A stretch of DNA of 64,000 nucleotides from Candidatus Oxydemutatoraceae bacterium (GCA_965218975.1 OZ244717.1:1312001-1376000), one strand, 5' to 3'. Shown: positions 20,523-30,935, counted from the first letter of the stretch. Program-made: numbers and translations. Notes: generated by a model from the sequence alone, not told the origin.

Positions 20523-21675
20523 TGTGCCATATCTTTTTTTAATCGTTGCAAACAGTGCGCGGTTTCTTGCCGAATCGGCGGCGTTTGATCGGTATTCAGT
20601 TGTGACGATTGATGCGTTTGCGGATGCGGATTTGTGTTCTCTTTCTTCAGTGCGTGAATCGTTACGTGTGCTACGGACAGCCCAAGGACTTGATAGCGAT
20701 GCGGTGCTTACTGCGTGCCGCGATTTGAAGGGGCGATATACGTTTGATGGTGTTATTGTCGGCGCCGGATTGGAAAGCCATGACACGCTTATAATCGCAT
20801 TGGATGAGATGTTCGGTTGCATCGGTAATCAACCGAAGGTATTTTCGGAGTGTGCCGATCGCAAGCATTTGCACCGGACGTTTGAAACATTGCAGATTCC
20901 GCATGCTGCGATTTCATCACGATGCATTGATTATGCGGCGGATGAGATGCCGGTATTAATCAAGCGTTCAGGCACATCAGGCGGCGGGCATATTACGCGA
21001 AATTCCATTTGGGATGGTATTGAAAGAACGAGGGAAGTTGCCGAAGTTTATTTGCCGGGAACGGCGGTATCACATTTGTTTCTCGCCGACGGCAAACGGT
21101 TTTCAACGGTGGGATTTAATACTTTGTGGCAATCCCGGCACGACCCGACACAGCCGTTTTGTAATGGCGGAGCTATGAATCTCAGCATGTTAAGTCCGAT
21201 ACAACAACATCAAGCGAGGAGTTACGCGCAACGGCTGGTGCGTCATTGGTCTTTGCGTGGTTTGAATTGTATAGATTACATGTTGAGCGCTGGGCAATTG
21301 ATTGCATTGGAAGTTAATCCGCGCCCAAGCGCGACGATGCAGTTATATCCGTCAGCAGGTTTGTTTAATGCGCATTTTGCTGCATGCCGACAATCGTTGG
21401 ACGACAATTTTAAGAGAATTGATATTCCGTGCGCTTACGCGATTGTATATGCTTGTCATCGTTTGCATTTGCCGCCGGCGATATTTGCACGCCCGCCCAA
21501 TAGTCTAACCGAGTTTTGCGACGTGTCGTTGCAGGGTGTTACAATTAATGCGGGAGAACCAGTTTGCTCTTTACGCACGACGGCATTTGCAACAAATACT
21601 TCTGTCGAAGCCGTTATCAATGCGTTACAAGACGCGATTCGGCAAACAACGCAGGCGATTCAAGCGATTCAGTAA
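20503..21675 (+). CDS. ATP-grasp protein of H4MPT/methylofuran gene clusters (OrfY)
   Basis: SARFLAESA, IDAFADAD, SGGGHI, LEVNPRPSAT, GEPVCS; lies between mtdB and mch. Confidence 0.8.
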   Translation: MCEKAVDVPYLFLIVANSARFLAESAAFDRYSVVTIDAFADADLCSLSSVRESLRVLRTAQGLDSDAVLTACRDLKGRYTFDGVIVGAGLESHDTLIIALDEMFGCIGNQPKVFSECADRKHLHRTFETLQIPHAAISSRCIDYAADEMPVLIKRSGTSGGGHITRNSIWDGIERTREVAEVYLPGTAVSHLFLADGKRFSTVGFNTLWQSRHDPTQPFCNGGAMNLSMLSPIQQHQARSYAQRLVRHWSLRGLNCIDYMLSAGQLIALEVNPRPSATMQLYPSAGLFNAHFAACRQSLDDNFKRIDIPCAYAIVYACHRLHLPPAIFARPPNSLTEFCDVSLQGVTINAGEPVCSLRTTAFATNTSVEAVINALQDAIRQTTQAIQAIQ

Positions 21676-21678
21676 ACG

Positions 21679-22647
21679 ATGACCGAACAAATTAGTATTA
21701 ACCGGCTTGTACAGCCGTTAGTTGAAGAATTAGTCGCGCATCGCGGTGATTTCCGTATTGTAGCTCAGCATTCTGCTAACGGTGCATTGCTGATTGACGC
21801 AGGAATTCATGCAAGCGGCGGTATCGAGGCGGGACGGCGGATTGCCGAGATTTGTCTCGGTGGACTTGGTGCGGTAACAATCGGCAATAACGGAGCAGCG
21901 GCACAATGGCCAACGACTTTAAATGTACATACGACAAATCCGATTATTGCTTGTTTAGCATCCCAGTACGCCGGTTGGGATTTGTCACACGGTGAAAGAA
22001 GAAATGCATTTCGTGCACTTGGTTCGGGACCGGGTCGGTCAATTGCGTGCAAGGAACCATTATTTGAGGAGCTTCGTTACCGGGATACCGCTGAGACCTG
22101 CACTTTAGTATTGGAAGCGGACCGATTGCCACCGGACGAAGTGATTAATTATGTGGCGAAGTCATGCAGATTATTACCTGAACAGTTGAACTTTATTTTG
22201 ACACCGACTCATAGCTTAGCGGGTTCGTTTCAAGTGGTGGCGCGAGTGTTGGAGGTGGCGTTGCATAAAGCGCATACTTTGGGGTTTTCATTAGATACGA
22301 TTGTAGACGGAGTCGGCAGTGTTCCGTTTGCGCCGCCGGCGCCGGATTTCATTACCGCTATGGGTCGTACCAACGATGCAATTCTATTTGCCGGACGAGT
22401 ACATTTGTTTGTTACAGGCGATGCAGCAATGGCGGAAAGTTTGGCAAACCGATTACCGAGCAGTACTTCGAAAGATTATGGCAAACCGTTTGCGCAAGTA
22501 TTCAAAGATTATGGATATGATTTCTTTAAAATCGACCCTCTGTTGTTTAGCCCCGCGCAAGTTGCGGTCACGCACTTGTCGACGGGGCAAACTTTCCATG
22601 CTGGGAAGATTGACGAACAATTGCTCAATCTGTCTTTTAGCGGATAA
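21679..22647 (+). CDS. mch: Methenyl-H4MPT cyclohydrolase
   Basis: IDAGI..GGIEAG..IAEICLGGLG, ACLASQYAGW, GSGPGR, MGRTNDAILFAG, DFFKIDPLLFSPA. Confidence 0.96.
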   Translation: MTEQISINRLVQPLVEELVAHRGDFRIVAQHSANGALLIDAGIHASGGIEAGRRIAEICLGGLGAVTIGNNGAAAQWPTTLNVHTTNPIIACLASQYAGWDLSHGERRNAFRALGSGPGRSIACKEPLFEELRYRDTAETCTLVLEADRLPPDEVINYVAKSCRLLPEQLNFILTPTHSLAGSFQVVARVLEVALHKAHTLGFSLDTIVDGVGSVPFAPPAPDFITAMGRTNDAILFAGRVHLFVTGDAAMAESLANRLPSSTSKDYGKPFAQVFKDYGYDFFKIDPLLFSPAQVAVTHLSTGQTFHAGKIDEQLLNLSFSG

Positions 22648-22962
22648 TTGCTCGTGTATATCCTAATGCGCTGAAATACTACGTGGTTATTTGTAGGTAA
22701 AGGGGTAACAAATCGGTTTATATCAGCTATTTTCGACAATAGAATAAAGGACTGTTTTAATTCTTAAAATAACTTGAATTTAAAAATAAGGAGGTGGACG
22801 TGGCTGTGGGATTTAATCCGGTAAAACACCAAGTAAGAAATAATAATAAGCCGGAACTAAAGAATGTTACCGCGATACCCCCGCAAGCATTCTCAACTTA
22901 GCAAGTGCAAATAATAATTAGTGCATTAAAGTATATCGTTCCGTTTTTTGCTGCTTATTACG

Positions 22963-23889
22963 ATGCCGAGAGTCGGCATTATCACTAGCAAAAACGGTTG
23001 GCACAGTCGGCAAATTGCTTCCGCGCTAACCGCTCGCGGATGTGATGTTTATTTTGCCGCGCTGACCGACTTTGAGCTTTTAGTTACACAAGGTCGGTCC
23101 GAGCGTTGCGGATTTTTCCATAATCGTTTGCCGTCGAGACTTCCGGATGCCGTTTTTGTACGTTGTATTCCCGCCGGTACATTGGAGCAAATAGTATTCT
23201 ATCTCGACATTTTATATACATTCGAATTGCAATCGGTGCTAGTCTATAACAATGCGCGCACTATTGAGCGGAGCGTTGATAAAGTGATGACGACTTTTCT
23301 GTTGCGTCAAGCCGGTTTGCCGACGCCGCGGACTTGGGCGGGATTGAATATGGAACGTGCGCAGACGGTGATTGAGCAACAAACGCAGGCAGGTCGCGCG
23401 TTGGTAATGAAACCGATCTTTGGTGCGCAAGGAAAAGGCTTGCAGTACATTGACGCTAAATCGCCGCCTGAGTTTGCTGAAGGGACGGTTTACTATCTGC
23501 AAGAATTTATCGGCCGCAGTGACAAACAATGGTGCGACTGGCGTCTGTTTGTTGTTAATCATCAAGTCGTTGCGACGATGAAGCGGATTGGAAAGAGTTG
23601 GATTAATAATGTGGCGCAAGGGAGTATTTGCCGCGTCGCCGAACCGGATGCGTCAATGGTAGCGTTAGCAGAAGCGGCGTCGGTTGTGGTCGGCACAAGC
23701 TATGCGGGAGTGGATATAATTGCCGATGCGGCGGGAAATTATCAAATAATAGAGATTAATAGCATTCCGGCATGGCAAGGACTACAGAGTGTTGTGTCCG
23801 TATCTGTAGCGGATCTGGTCGCTAAGGATTTACTATGTCGTTTGCCAAATAGGTCGCCGCAAGATTGCGATGACGCCGGCACAGATTAA
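22963..23889 (+). CDS. RimK-family ATP-grasp ligase of methanopterin/methylofuran biosynthesis (Orf5)
   Basis: GTLEQIVFYLDIL, IERSVDKVMTTFLL, KPIFGAQGKG, WINNVAQG, EINSIPAWQGLQ. Confidence 0.85.
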   Translation: MPRVGIITSKNGWHSRQIASALTARGCDVYFAALTDFELLVTQGRSERCGFFHNRLPSRLPDAVFVRCIPAGTLEQIVFYLDILYTFELQSVLVYNNARTIERSVDKVMTTFLLRQAGLPTPRTWAGLNMERAQTVIEQQTQAGRALVMKPIFGAQGKGLQYIDAKSPPEFAEGTVYYLQEFIGRSDKQWCDWRLFVVNHQVVATMKRIGKSWINNVAQGSICRVAEPDASMVALAEAASVVVGTSYAGVDIIADAAGNYQIIEINSIPAWQGLQSVVSVSVADLVAKDLLCRLPNRSPQDCDDAGTD

Positions 23890-24745
23890 TTATCATTTTC
23901 AACGCGCTTGCTTGCTTGATGTTGCGGCACTAAAACCGGGCAATGTCGGTTGGCATGGCTGCGGTCACGGTATGGATTCGGGGGACTTTATCGCTAGCGC
24001 CGCCGCTTGCGGGCATAGTTTATGCGCGTCCGGTATTACATTGGGTGAACGAATTTTTCAGGCAATTGAACGAACACGGCGTGTCGTTAAATGCAATACG
24101 AATTTGGGTCTCGTATTGTTATGTGCACCGGTGATTCATGCTGCTTTGAATGTGCGGTTTGTGACGGGCGGGCTGAAAGATGCGGTCGGGCGGATACTGG
24201 AACAAACTACGGTTGATGATGCGAGACGAGTATTTGCTGCAATTCGTCTTGTGCAGCCGGGAGGCATGGGTACAGTGGAAACGCATGACATACGGGACGA
24301 ACCGACGCTAAATCTGCGCGATGTGATGCGTTTTTCTGCCGGTTATGATTTAGTGGGAGCGCAGTATGCCGAGGAATATCGTTTTCTGTTTGAAGACGTC
24401 GTTCCTTTATTCGTTGAATTTTTCGCACGCTGGGGGTATGATACGTGGGCTGCTGCAGGTGTCTATATGACTTTGCTTGGCGGCTACCCAGACAGCTTGA
24501 TAGCTCGTAAGCAAGGTCCTCGAAAAGCCGAGGACATTATGAAGGTGGTAACGCCGTTGGCCAAAGAGTTTGTCGGATGTACAAGGCCCCAGGATTTTGA
24601 GCGACAGTTGCTTGATCTGGATCGGTACTTAAAGCAGGATAAGCTGAACCCCGGAACAACTGCGGATATTGTTGTCAGTGGAGTTTTGATTGCGAGTCTG
24701 GAAGGCGCTTTACGTAATGCGGTGATTATTTCATCGTCAAAGTAA
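23870..24745 (+). CDS. CitG-like triphosphoribosyl-dephospho-CoA synthase family protein (Orf7)
   Basis: ACLLDVAALKPGNV, NTNLGLVLLCAP, PDSLIARKQG, NPGTTAD. Confidence 0.85.
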   Translation: MTPAQINYHFQRACLLDVAALKPGNVGWHGCGHGMDSGDFIASAAACGHSLCASGITLGERIFQAIERTRRVVKCNTNLGLVLLCAPVIHAALNVRFVTGGLKDAVGRILEQTTVDDARRVFAAIRLVQPGGMGTVETHDIRDEPTLNLRDVMRFSAGYDLVGAQYAEEYRFLFEDVVPLFVEFFARWGYDTWAAAGVYMTLLGGYPDSLIARKQGPRKAEDIMKVVTPLAKEFVGCTRPQDFERQLLDLDRYLKQDKLNPGTTADIVVSGVLIASLEGALRNAVIISSSK

Positions 24746-24795
24746 AATTGTGTAAGGCTTGTTTAATATAATGAGTAATATGTGAGGAGAAAAAC

Positions 24796-25320
24796 ATGAC
24801 TCTTAATAAAGTAATGGTCGGAGAATCTTTGGTTAATGATAAAGATCCGTCTGGAACGATGGCAGAAATTGCCCATATTGATTTAATTATGGGACCCAGG
24901 GGCTCGGCAGCTGAAACGGCATTTTGTAGCGGCTTAGTCAACAACAAAGATGGTTTTACCTCTTTGCTTGCCGTCATTGCGCCGAATCTGCCATGCAAAC
25001 CGAACACAATGATGTTTAATAAAGTAACCATCAAAGGTGCGAATCAAGCGGTGCAGATGTTTGGCCCGGCACAGACTGCGGTTGCCAAAGCGGTTCAAGA
25101 TTGTGTGGCAGAAGGCATCATTCCCGAGAACGAAGCAGATGATATTTATATTTGTGTCGGTGTTTTTATTCACTGGGATGCGAAAGACAACTCGGCGATT
25201 TATGAGAATAACTACAAAGCAGTTAAAGAGTCCATCGAGCGTGCGATAAAAGGTCTACCTACCGCCGCCGAAGCGACCGCTAAGAGAAATGATGCGGAGC
25301 ATCCGTTCAAAGGATTCTGA
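24796..25320 (+). CDS. fae: Formaldehyde-activating enzyme
   Basis: [51 protein letters not shown]. Confidence 0.97.
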   Translation: MTLNKVMVGESLVNDKDPSGTMAEIAHIDLIMGPRGSAAETAFCSGLVNNKDGFTSLLAVIAPNLPCKPNTMMFNKVTIKGANQAVQMFGPAQTAVAKAVQDCVAEGIIPENEADDIYICVGVFIHWDAKDNSAIYENNYKAVKESIERAIKGLPTAAEATAKRNDAEHPFKGF

Positions 25321-25341
25321 TCAACACCTAAAGTTCTAATT

Positions 25342-25370
25342 AAAAGCCCTGGTCATCAGGGCTTTTTTTT
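25342..25370 (+). terminator. Rho-independent terminator after fae
   Basis: AAAAGCCCTG-GTCAT-CAGGGC followed by T8. Confidence 0.9.
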
Positions 25371-25502
25371 ACAGTGGTTAGTCAAGCATCATGTCAACTT
25401 CTGAAGTTTGAAATATGCCGCAATTAGTTTTCTTATAGGCGCGACTTATTTTCCCGCAAGTATATAATTTAGGCTTTTTAGTTATGCTAAGGGTGGTTTG
25501 CG

Positions 25503-26558
25503 ATTTCCAATCAAAAAAGCGACTTTTATTTCCATTTACCTGAGACATTAATTGCCGATTACCCGACAGCTGAACGAGTCCAATCGCGGTTGTTGTACTT
25601 ACCTGAGGCCCCCGCTGAGGCAGTAGATTTAAGATTTAATCAAGTTATACATCTACTCAGGCCTAATGATCTGTTAGTGCTGAATAATAGTAAAGTGATT
25701 CGCGCACGTTTATTTGGAAACAAAGTAAACGGCGGTAAAGTTGAAATTTTAATCGAGCGCATTTTTGATGAAAAACATGCTTCGGCACAAGTTAAGGCGA
25801 GCAAAACTCCTAACGTCAATACTATTGTCAAAGTGGGCGGAGTACCCTTATTAGTATTGAGTCGAAACCGGAACTTATTTAGATTGGCGATACATAATAC
25901 TGAGAACATGACTTTTGAGCAGCTACTTGAAGAGAACGGGAACGTGCCGTTACCGCCGTACATACGGCGACCGGCAGAATGGATTGATCACGAGCGTTAC
26001 CAGACAGTTTATGCGAAATATTCAGGGTCGGTTGCGGCACCGACGGCGGGTTTACATTTTGATCATGCGTTGTTGGATGAATGCCGTCGCCAAGGGGTGC
26101 AAGTACGGTCGCTAACTTTGCACATCGGATTGGGAACTTTTCAGCCGATTCGTCATCATCGATTGGATGCGCACACTATGCACCGAGAATCATTTGTTAT
26201 CGATCAGGCATTATGCTCTGCCGTATATGAGTGTCGCGCCCGTGGCGGCAGAGTGGTTGCGGTCGGGAGTACGGTAGTGCGGGCTTTAGAGACGGTAGCG
26301 CAAATGAATGATGGGCAATTACATGCGTATCAAGGGGAAACCGACATTTTTATCCGTCCGGGATATTCGTTTCAAGTGGTGGATAGCATGATTACTAATT
26401 TTCATTTACCCGAGTCCACATTATTTATACTAGTTTGCGCTTTTGCCGGAAAGAAAAGAATGTTAGATGCTTATCACTACGCTATTGCACAACGCTACCG
26501 TTTTTATAGCTATGGTGATGTAATGTGGCTTGAGAAAAATGCTGAAGTTCACGCTTGA
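25503..26558 (+). CDS. queA: S-adenosylmethionine:tRNA ribosyltransferase-isomerase
   Basis: SDFYFHLPETLIADYP...SRLL (upstream of the ORF-track start), VPLPPYI, YQTVYA..GSVAAPTAGLHF, TNFHLPES, YRFYSYGD; start codon unresolved (see findings). Confidence 0.93.
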   Translation: MSNQKSDFYFHLPETLIADYPTAERVQSRLLYLPEAPAEAVDLRFNQVIHLLRPNDLLVLNNSKVIRARLFGNKVNGGKVEILIERIFDEKHASAQVKASKTPNVNTIVKVGGVPLLVLSRNRNLFRLAIHNTENMTFEQLLEENGNVPLPPYIRRPAEWIDHERYQTVYAKYSGSVAAPTAGLHFDHALLDECRRQGVQVRSLTLHIGLGTFQPIRHHRLDAHTMHRESFVIDQALCSAVYECRARGGRVVAVGSTVVRALETVAQMNDGQLHAYQGETDIFIRPGYSFQVVDSMITNFHLPESTLFILVCAFAGKKRMLDAYHYAIAQRYRFYSYGDVMWLEKNAEVHA

Positions 26559-27645
26559 AGCCAGCGACGGATTGGCACGTGCCGGAATTTTAGACCTGCC
26601 TCACGGTCGCGTTAAAACACCGGTGTTTATGCCGGTCGGCACACGTGCATCGATTAGAGGAATGACGCCGCATACATTAAAAGAGTCGGGGGTGCCGATG
26701 ATCTTAAGTAACGCTTGGCATTTAATGCTGCGTCCGGGAACGGATTTGATTTTAGCACATGGCGGATTGCATCGATTCACGGGTTGGGATCGTCCGATTC
26801 TGACGGATTCCGGCGGTTATCAATTGTTTAGTCTTGCAAAAATGCTCGATATTGATGAACGAGGAATTTGTTTTCAATCCCCGTATGACGGCAAGCAGGT
26901 TGCATTGACGGTGGAAGAGGCGATTCGTGTTCAACAGAGCATTGGAGCAGATGTCATTATGGCATTTGATGAGTGCGCCGCTTATCTCGCAGATAAGCAA
27001 GTTGTGGCGGAATCAATGCGCCGTTCAATGCGATGGGCGGCGCGCTCGCGGCAAATACATAACGATGAAACGCGCTCAACTTTATTCGGTATTGTACAAG
27101 GGGGAACGTATACGGATTTGCGTGCTGAGTCAGCGACACGCCTGATTGACATCGGTTTCAGCGGGTATGCGCTTGGCGGCCTTGCCGTCGGTGAAAGCCC
27201 TCAGGAAAGAAATGATATGTTGGATTTTACCACGCCGTTATTACCCGTTGATCAACCACGTTATGTGATGGGAGTCGGGTCACCTCAAGATATTGTTGAT
27301 GCGGTATTTCGCGGCGCGGATATGTTTGACTGTGTCATTCCGACACGTAATGCTCGCAGCGGATACTTGTACACACGCAACGGACTGTTAAGAATTCGGA
27401 ATGCCGTTTATCGCAGGGATTTGCGTCCGATTGATGAATCGTGCGGTTGTTATACTTGTTGCAATTTTAGCCGCGCCTACCTTCGCCATTTGGACCAATG
27501 TAAGGAAGTATCGTCCGTAATCTTGAATACAATTCATAATCTGCATTATTACCAAGATCTAATGCGCGAATTGCGTGCTACTATCCGAGCAGGCCGGTTG
27601 AATCACTACCGGTCAGAATTGTTCGCAAAGTACAAAGAGCGATAA
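26539..27645 (+). CDS. tgt: tRNA-guanine transglycosylase
   Basis: TPVFMPVGT, TDSGGYQ, FGIVQGG, GGLAVGE, DMFDCVIPTRNAR, Zn-binding CGCYTC. Confidence 0.97.
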   Translation: MLKFTLEASDGLARAGILDLPHGRVKTPVFMPVGTRASIRGMTPHTLKESGVPMILSNAWHLMLRPGTDLILAHGGLHRFTGWDRPILTDSGGYQLFSLAKMLDIDERGICFQSPYDGKQVALTVEEAIRVQQSIGADVIMAFDECAAYLADKQVVAESMRRSMRWAARSRQIHNDETRSTLFGIVQGGTYTDLRAESATRLIDIGFSGYALGGLAVGESPQERNDMLDFTTPLLPVDQPRYVMGVGSPQDIVDAVFRGADMFDCVIPTRNARSGYLYTRNGLLRIRNAVYRRDLRPIDESCGCYTCCNFSRAYLRHLDQCKEVSSVILNTIHNLHYYQDLMRELRATIRAGRLNHYRSELFAKYKER

Positions 27646-27855
27646 TTTTGGAAAGCTATGCGATAGAGCTGACGGATATTTATCTCACAATGCGGGCACA
27701 AGGGATTAACAAAGAATCGTAACGATATCTAATACATAATACCTTTCTCAAGCTTTGGGTGTATTGGTATCGTGCTTGATCGACATTCAGATAAAACGGA
27801 TGGTTTTTACCATTGACATATAATTCCGAACATCTCCAGAGTCAGCAGGTTTCCT

Positions 27856-28848
27856 TCAGCTTAAGCATTGTTCTAGATTTTTAGCCAGATTCTTTAACAG
27901 ATTAAAATACAAATTTTCGCCATCAGAAAGTCCACTTCCGAGCGGATCAAGGGTGCTGTTTTTTGCATTTGTTCCTTGTATCACCGTTTTTACTAGGCGG
28001 TCGGAGAATTGTGGTTCATGGAAAACGCAATTAACCTCTGTTTGTCGCAATTTCTCACGTACCGCTTTGATGCGATTCGACGAAGGTGGTTGATTTGGAT
28101 CAAACGTAATAGAACCTACACCATTTAGTCCGTAAGCGCGTTCAAAATACTGATATGCATCATGGAAAACAACGAATGGTTTGTCTTTTACTCCGGAAAG
28201 GATAATTTCAAGTTCTGCGTCTAGTGCGTCTATCCTCCTTATTAATTTACGCGCATTTGCTTTGTAAATGTCATGATTTTCGGAGTATATTGCACTCAAT
28301 TCTTCAGTAACGGCTTTGATGATTTTTTTTACGTTCTCAGGACCAAGCCAGACATGCATATCATGATGGTCATGACTGTGAAGATGTTCTCCATGAGATT
28401 GTTCTTTGTGCTCGTTTTCCTTGCTATGTTTCTCTTCATCTTCATAGATTTCATATTGGTGCGCCTCCCATGCGCCACCTTGACGATATTGAAGTACGGT
28501 CAGATCCGCTTTTTGTGTTACTGCTATTTTTCTAACGTGGTTTGGCAGCGTTTTAAAAGAACGGTTTAGAAAAGTTTCAAAGTTATCGTCTATATAAAAA
28601 ATAACGCTCGCTTTATACATAATTTTCATTTGTGAAGGCTTCAATTGAAAGTCATGCGGCGAGGTGTTACCGGCAAGCAGTAATTTCGCTTCACCTGTAC
28701 CTCCGATGACGCCGACGACCAAGGAATGTAATGGTTTAATAGTGACAACAACTCCCTTTGTTTCTGTTGCCGTCGCTTGTACAGGGAATATCAATGATAG
28801 CGTGATTGTAAATCTTATTAGTATTAAAAGAGCGTTTTTTATTTTCAT
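27856..28848 (-). CDS. znuA: Zinc ABC transporter substrate-binding protein
   Basis: Signal peptide, TIKPLHSL, SPHDFQLKPS, His/acid-rich loop, HVWL, VFHDAYQYF, LDPLG. Confidence 0.93.
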   Translation of the reverse strand: MKIKNALLILIRFTITLSLIFPVQATATETKGVVVTIKPLHSLVVGVIGGTGEAKLLLAGNTSPHDFQLKPSQMKIMYKASVIFYIDDNFETFLNRSFKTLPNHVRKIAVTQKADLTVLQYRQGGAWEAHQYEIYEDEEKHSKENEHKEQSHGEHLHSHDHHDMHVWLGPENVKKIIKAVTEELSAIYSENHDIYKANARKLIRRIDALDAELEIILSGVKDKPFVVFHDAYQYFERAYGLNGVGSITFDPNQPPSSNRIKAVREKLRQTEVNCVFHEPQFSDRLVKTVIQGTNAKNSTLDPLGSGLSDGENLYFNLLKNLAKNLEQCLS

Positions 28849-28897
28849 AAATTTCTGATAATCTGATAATTTAATATTAATTTTGCAAAATTAACGT

Positions 28898-28916
28898 TAT
28901 GTTATACTATAACATA
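28898..28916. promoter_or_regulatory. Zur box
   Basis: Perfect palindrome TATGTTATA-C-TATAACATA between divergent znuA and zur-znuCB; matches the proteobacterial Zur consensus ATGTTATAnTATAACAT. Confidence 0.88.
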
Positions 28917-28948
28917 TACTTAGCCAATTTCGTTTTACGAAGGGGCGT

Positions 28949-29413
28949 ATGCATACCTGTAATCATCATGACGTTTGTATAAATGACGCTTTGCAAAAGG
29001 CGGATATGATTTGTCGCAATCAGGGGGTGCGCTTGACTGATTTGCGACGGAAAGTTTTGGAAATGATCTGGGTAGGTCATGGTTTTGCAAAAGCGTATGA
29101 TATTTTGGATAAGCTGAAAAGTAAGGACGCATCCGCTAAGCCGCCCACTGTTTATCGCAGCTTGGATTTCTTACTCAAGAATGGTCTGATTCATAAATTG
29201 AATACCTTAAATGCGTATGTTGGTTGTTCGCATCCGCTTAAGCATGATGAGTGCTATTTTATTATTTGCAGCAAGTGTGGCGAAGTTAAAGAGTGTTGTA
29301 ACAGCATGTTATCTCGAGCAATTATAAGGACTGCAAGCAAAAATAAATTTCATTTCAAGCGCATTACTTTGGAAATTGAGGGGGAGTGCCGAGAGTGTAT
29401 GAGACAGAAGTAA
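28949..29413 (+). CDS. zur: Zinc uptake regulator (Fur family)
   Basis: RLTDLRRKVLE, KAYDIL, PPTVYRSLDFL, CxxC motifs CSKC and CREC. Confidence 0.93.
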   Translation: MHTCNHHDVCINDALQKADMICRNQGVRLTDLRRKVLEMIWVGHGFAKAYDILDKLKSKDASAKPPTVYRSLDFLLKNGLIHKLNTLNAYVGCSHPLKHDECYFIICSKCGEVKECCNSMLSRAIIRTASKNKFHFKRITLEIEGECRECMRQK

Positions 29414-29416
29414 ATT

Positions 29417-30145
29417 ATGGGCACATTGGTTGAAGCGGATAATGTTGTAGTCATTCGACAAGGAACGACTATACTCAAGAATGTATCTCTTACTATCGGT
29501 GAGAGAGATTTTATTACCATTATAGGGCCGAACGGCGCGGGTAAATCTATGTTACTGCAGTGTTTGATGGGCTTTTATAAGCCTGATAGCGGTTTAGTTA
29601 CCCGTAGAAAAGATTTAAAAATCGGCTATGTGCCGCAGTGCTTTACACCTGATCACACTATGCCTATTACGACAAAGCGATTTTTACGCATCCGTAAAAA
29701 GACTGATATTTTGAGCCTCAAAAAGATTTCCGAGGAAACAAATATCAAATATGTGCTTGAGAAGCCCCTTTCCGTGCTTTCAGGCGGTGAATTGCAACGT
29801 GTTCTGTTGGCGCGGAGTCTTTTGGATAAACCGAAATTGCTGGTGCTTGATGAACCGGCACAAAATCTCGACATTTCCAGCCAGCTTGCCTTCTACAAAC
29901 TTTTGGGACGCATCTACGATAAAAAAAAATTAAGTATTTTAATGGTATCGCATGATTTGCACATGGTGATGGCATCCACTAAGCAGGTGGTGTGCCTGTT
30001 TCATCATGTTTGTTGTTCCGGTGAACCGCAGGTAGTAACAAAAGATCCGGAATTTATTTCCTTGTTCGGCAATGATATGGCTAATATGATGGCAGTTTAT
30101 CAACATAGTCATCATCACCATCACGAGAGAGAAGGGGATGCTTGA
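29417..30145 (+). CDS. znuC: Zinc ABC transporter ATPase
   Basis: GPNGAGKS, LSGGELQR, LVLDEP, VSHDL, C-terminal His run. Confidence 0.93.
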   Translation: MGTLVEADNVVVIRQGTTILKNVSLTIGERDFITIIGPNGAGKSMLLQCLMGFYKPDSGLVTRRKDLKIGYVPQCFTPDHTMPITTKRFLRIRKKTDILSLKKISEETNIKYVLEKPLSVLSGGELQRVLLARSLLDKPKLLVLDEPAQNLDISSQLAFYKLLGRIYDKKKLSILMVSHDLHMVMASTKQVVCLFHHVCCSGEPQVVTKDPEFISLFGNDMANMMAVYQHSHHHHHEREGDA

Positions 30146-30935
30146 CTCCTTTTTCCTTCGTGCGCTAGTCGCAGGGTTAGGCGTTGCGCTCATTGCAGGT
30201 GTTATGGGTTGTTTTGTAGTGTGGCGGCGTATGGCCTATTTTGGAGATTCTTTAGCGCACAGTGCCTTCTTAGGGATTGCGTTGGGATTGACTACTGGCA
30301 TCAGCGCCAACCTTGGTACCGTGATTGTCTGTTCCGTTTTTGCCGTATTGCTATTGTGGCTACAGCATAAGAAGGTACTAACTACCGATACGTTGTTGGG
30401 AATTCTGGCGCATGCGGCTTTGTCTATAGGGATGGTGACCATTAGCGTATTAGAAGTGCGGTTTGATTTATATTCCTATCTTTTTGGAGACATTCTTACA
30501 GTAACAGCTGATGAATTGATGTGGGTTTTTAGTGGCGGTGCGTTAGTACTGATGATGCTTTTTATGAACTGGTCATCATTGGTGCTGATGACGATTCACG
30601 AGGATTTGGCCATGATCGAAAATGTCCGTACTTTTTTTACACACTTGCTGTTTATGTTTCTAATGACGGTTGTTGTCGCTGTTTCAATCCGTATTGTCGG
30701 TATTTTGCTTATTACCTCAATGCTGATTATTCCTGCAGCTACAGCCAGACAATTAGCGCGATCACCGGAAGGAATGGCTATTATTGCAACGTTTCTGGGT
30801 GTGATGGCGGTGATCGGAGGAATGTTTGGTTCCATGGCATTTGATACGCCTTCCGGGCCATCTATCGTGGTGGCCTCTGCCATACTCTTTACACTATTAT
30901 TTCCGCTTTCAAGGTTATTGGCGCAAAAAGTTTAG
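30138..30935 (+). CDS. znuB: Zinc ABC transporter permease
   Basis: GCFVVWRRMAYFGDSLAH, YLFGDIL, IIPAATAR, DTPSGPSIV. Confidence 0.94.
   Translation: MLDSFFLRALVAGLGVALIAGVMGCFVVWRRMAYFGDSLAHSAFLGIALGLTTGISANLGTVIVCSVFAVLLLWLQHKKVLTTDTLLGILAHAALSIGMVTISVLEVRFDLYSYLFGDILTVTADELMWVFSGGALVLMMLFMNWSSLVLMTIHEDLAMIENVRTFFTHLLFMFLMTVVVAVSIRIVGILLITSMLIIPAATARQLARSPEGMAIIATFLGVMAVIGGMFGSMAFDTPSGPSIVVASAILFTLLFPLSRLLAQKV

Noticed and set aside
25511-25519. Canonical A_AAA_AAG -1 frameshift from ATG 25484 into queA
   Set aside because: From that ATG the QueA frame needs +1, not -1.
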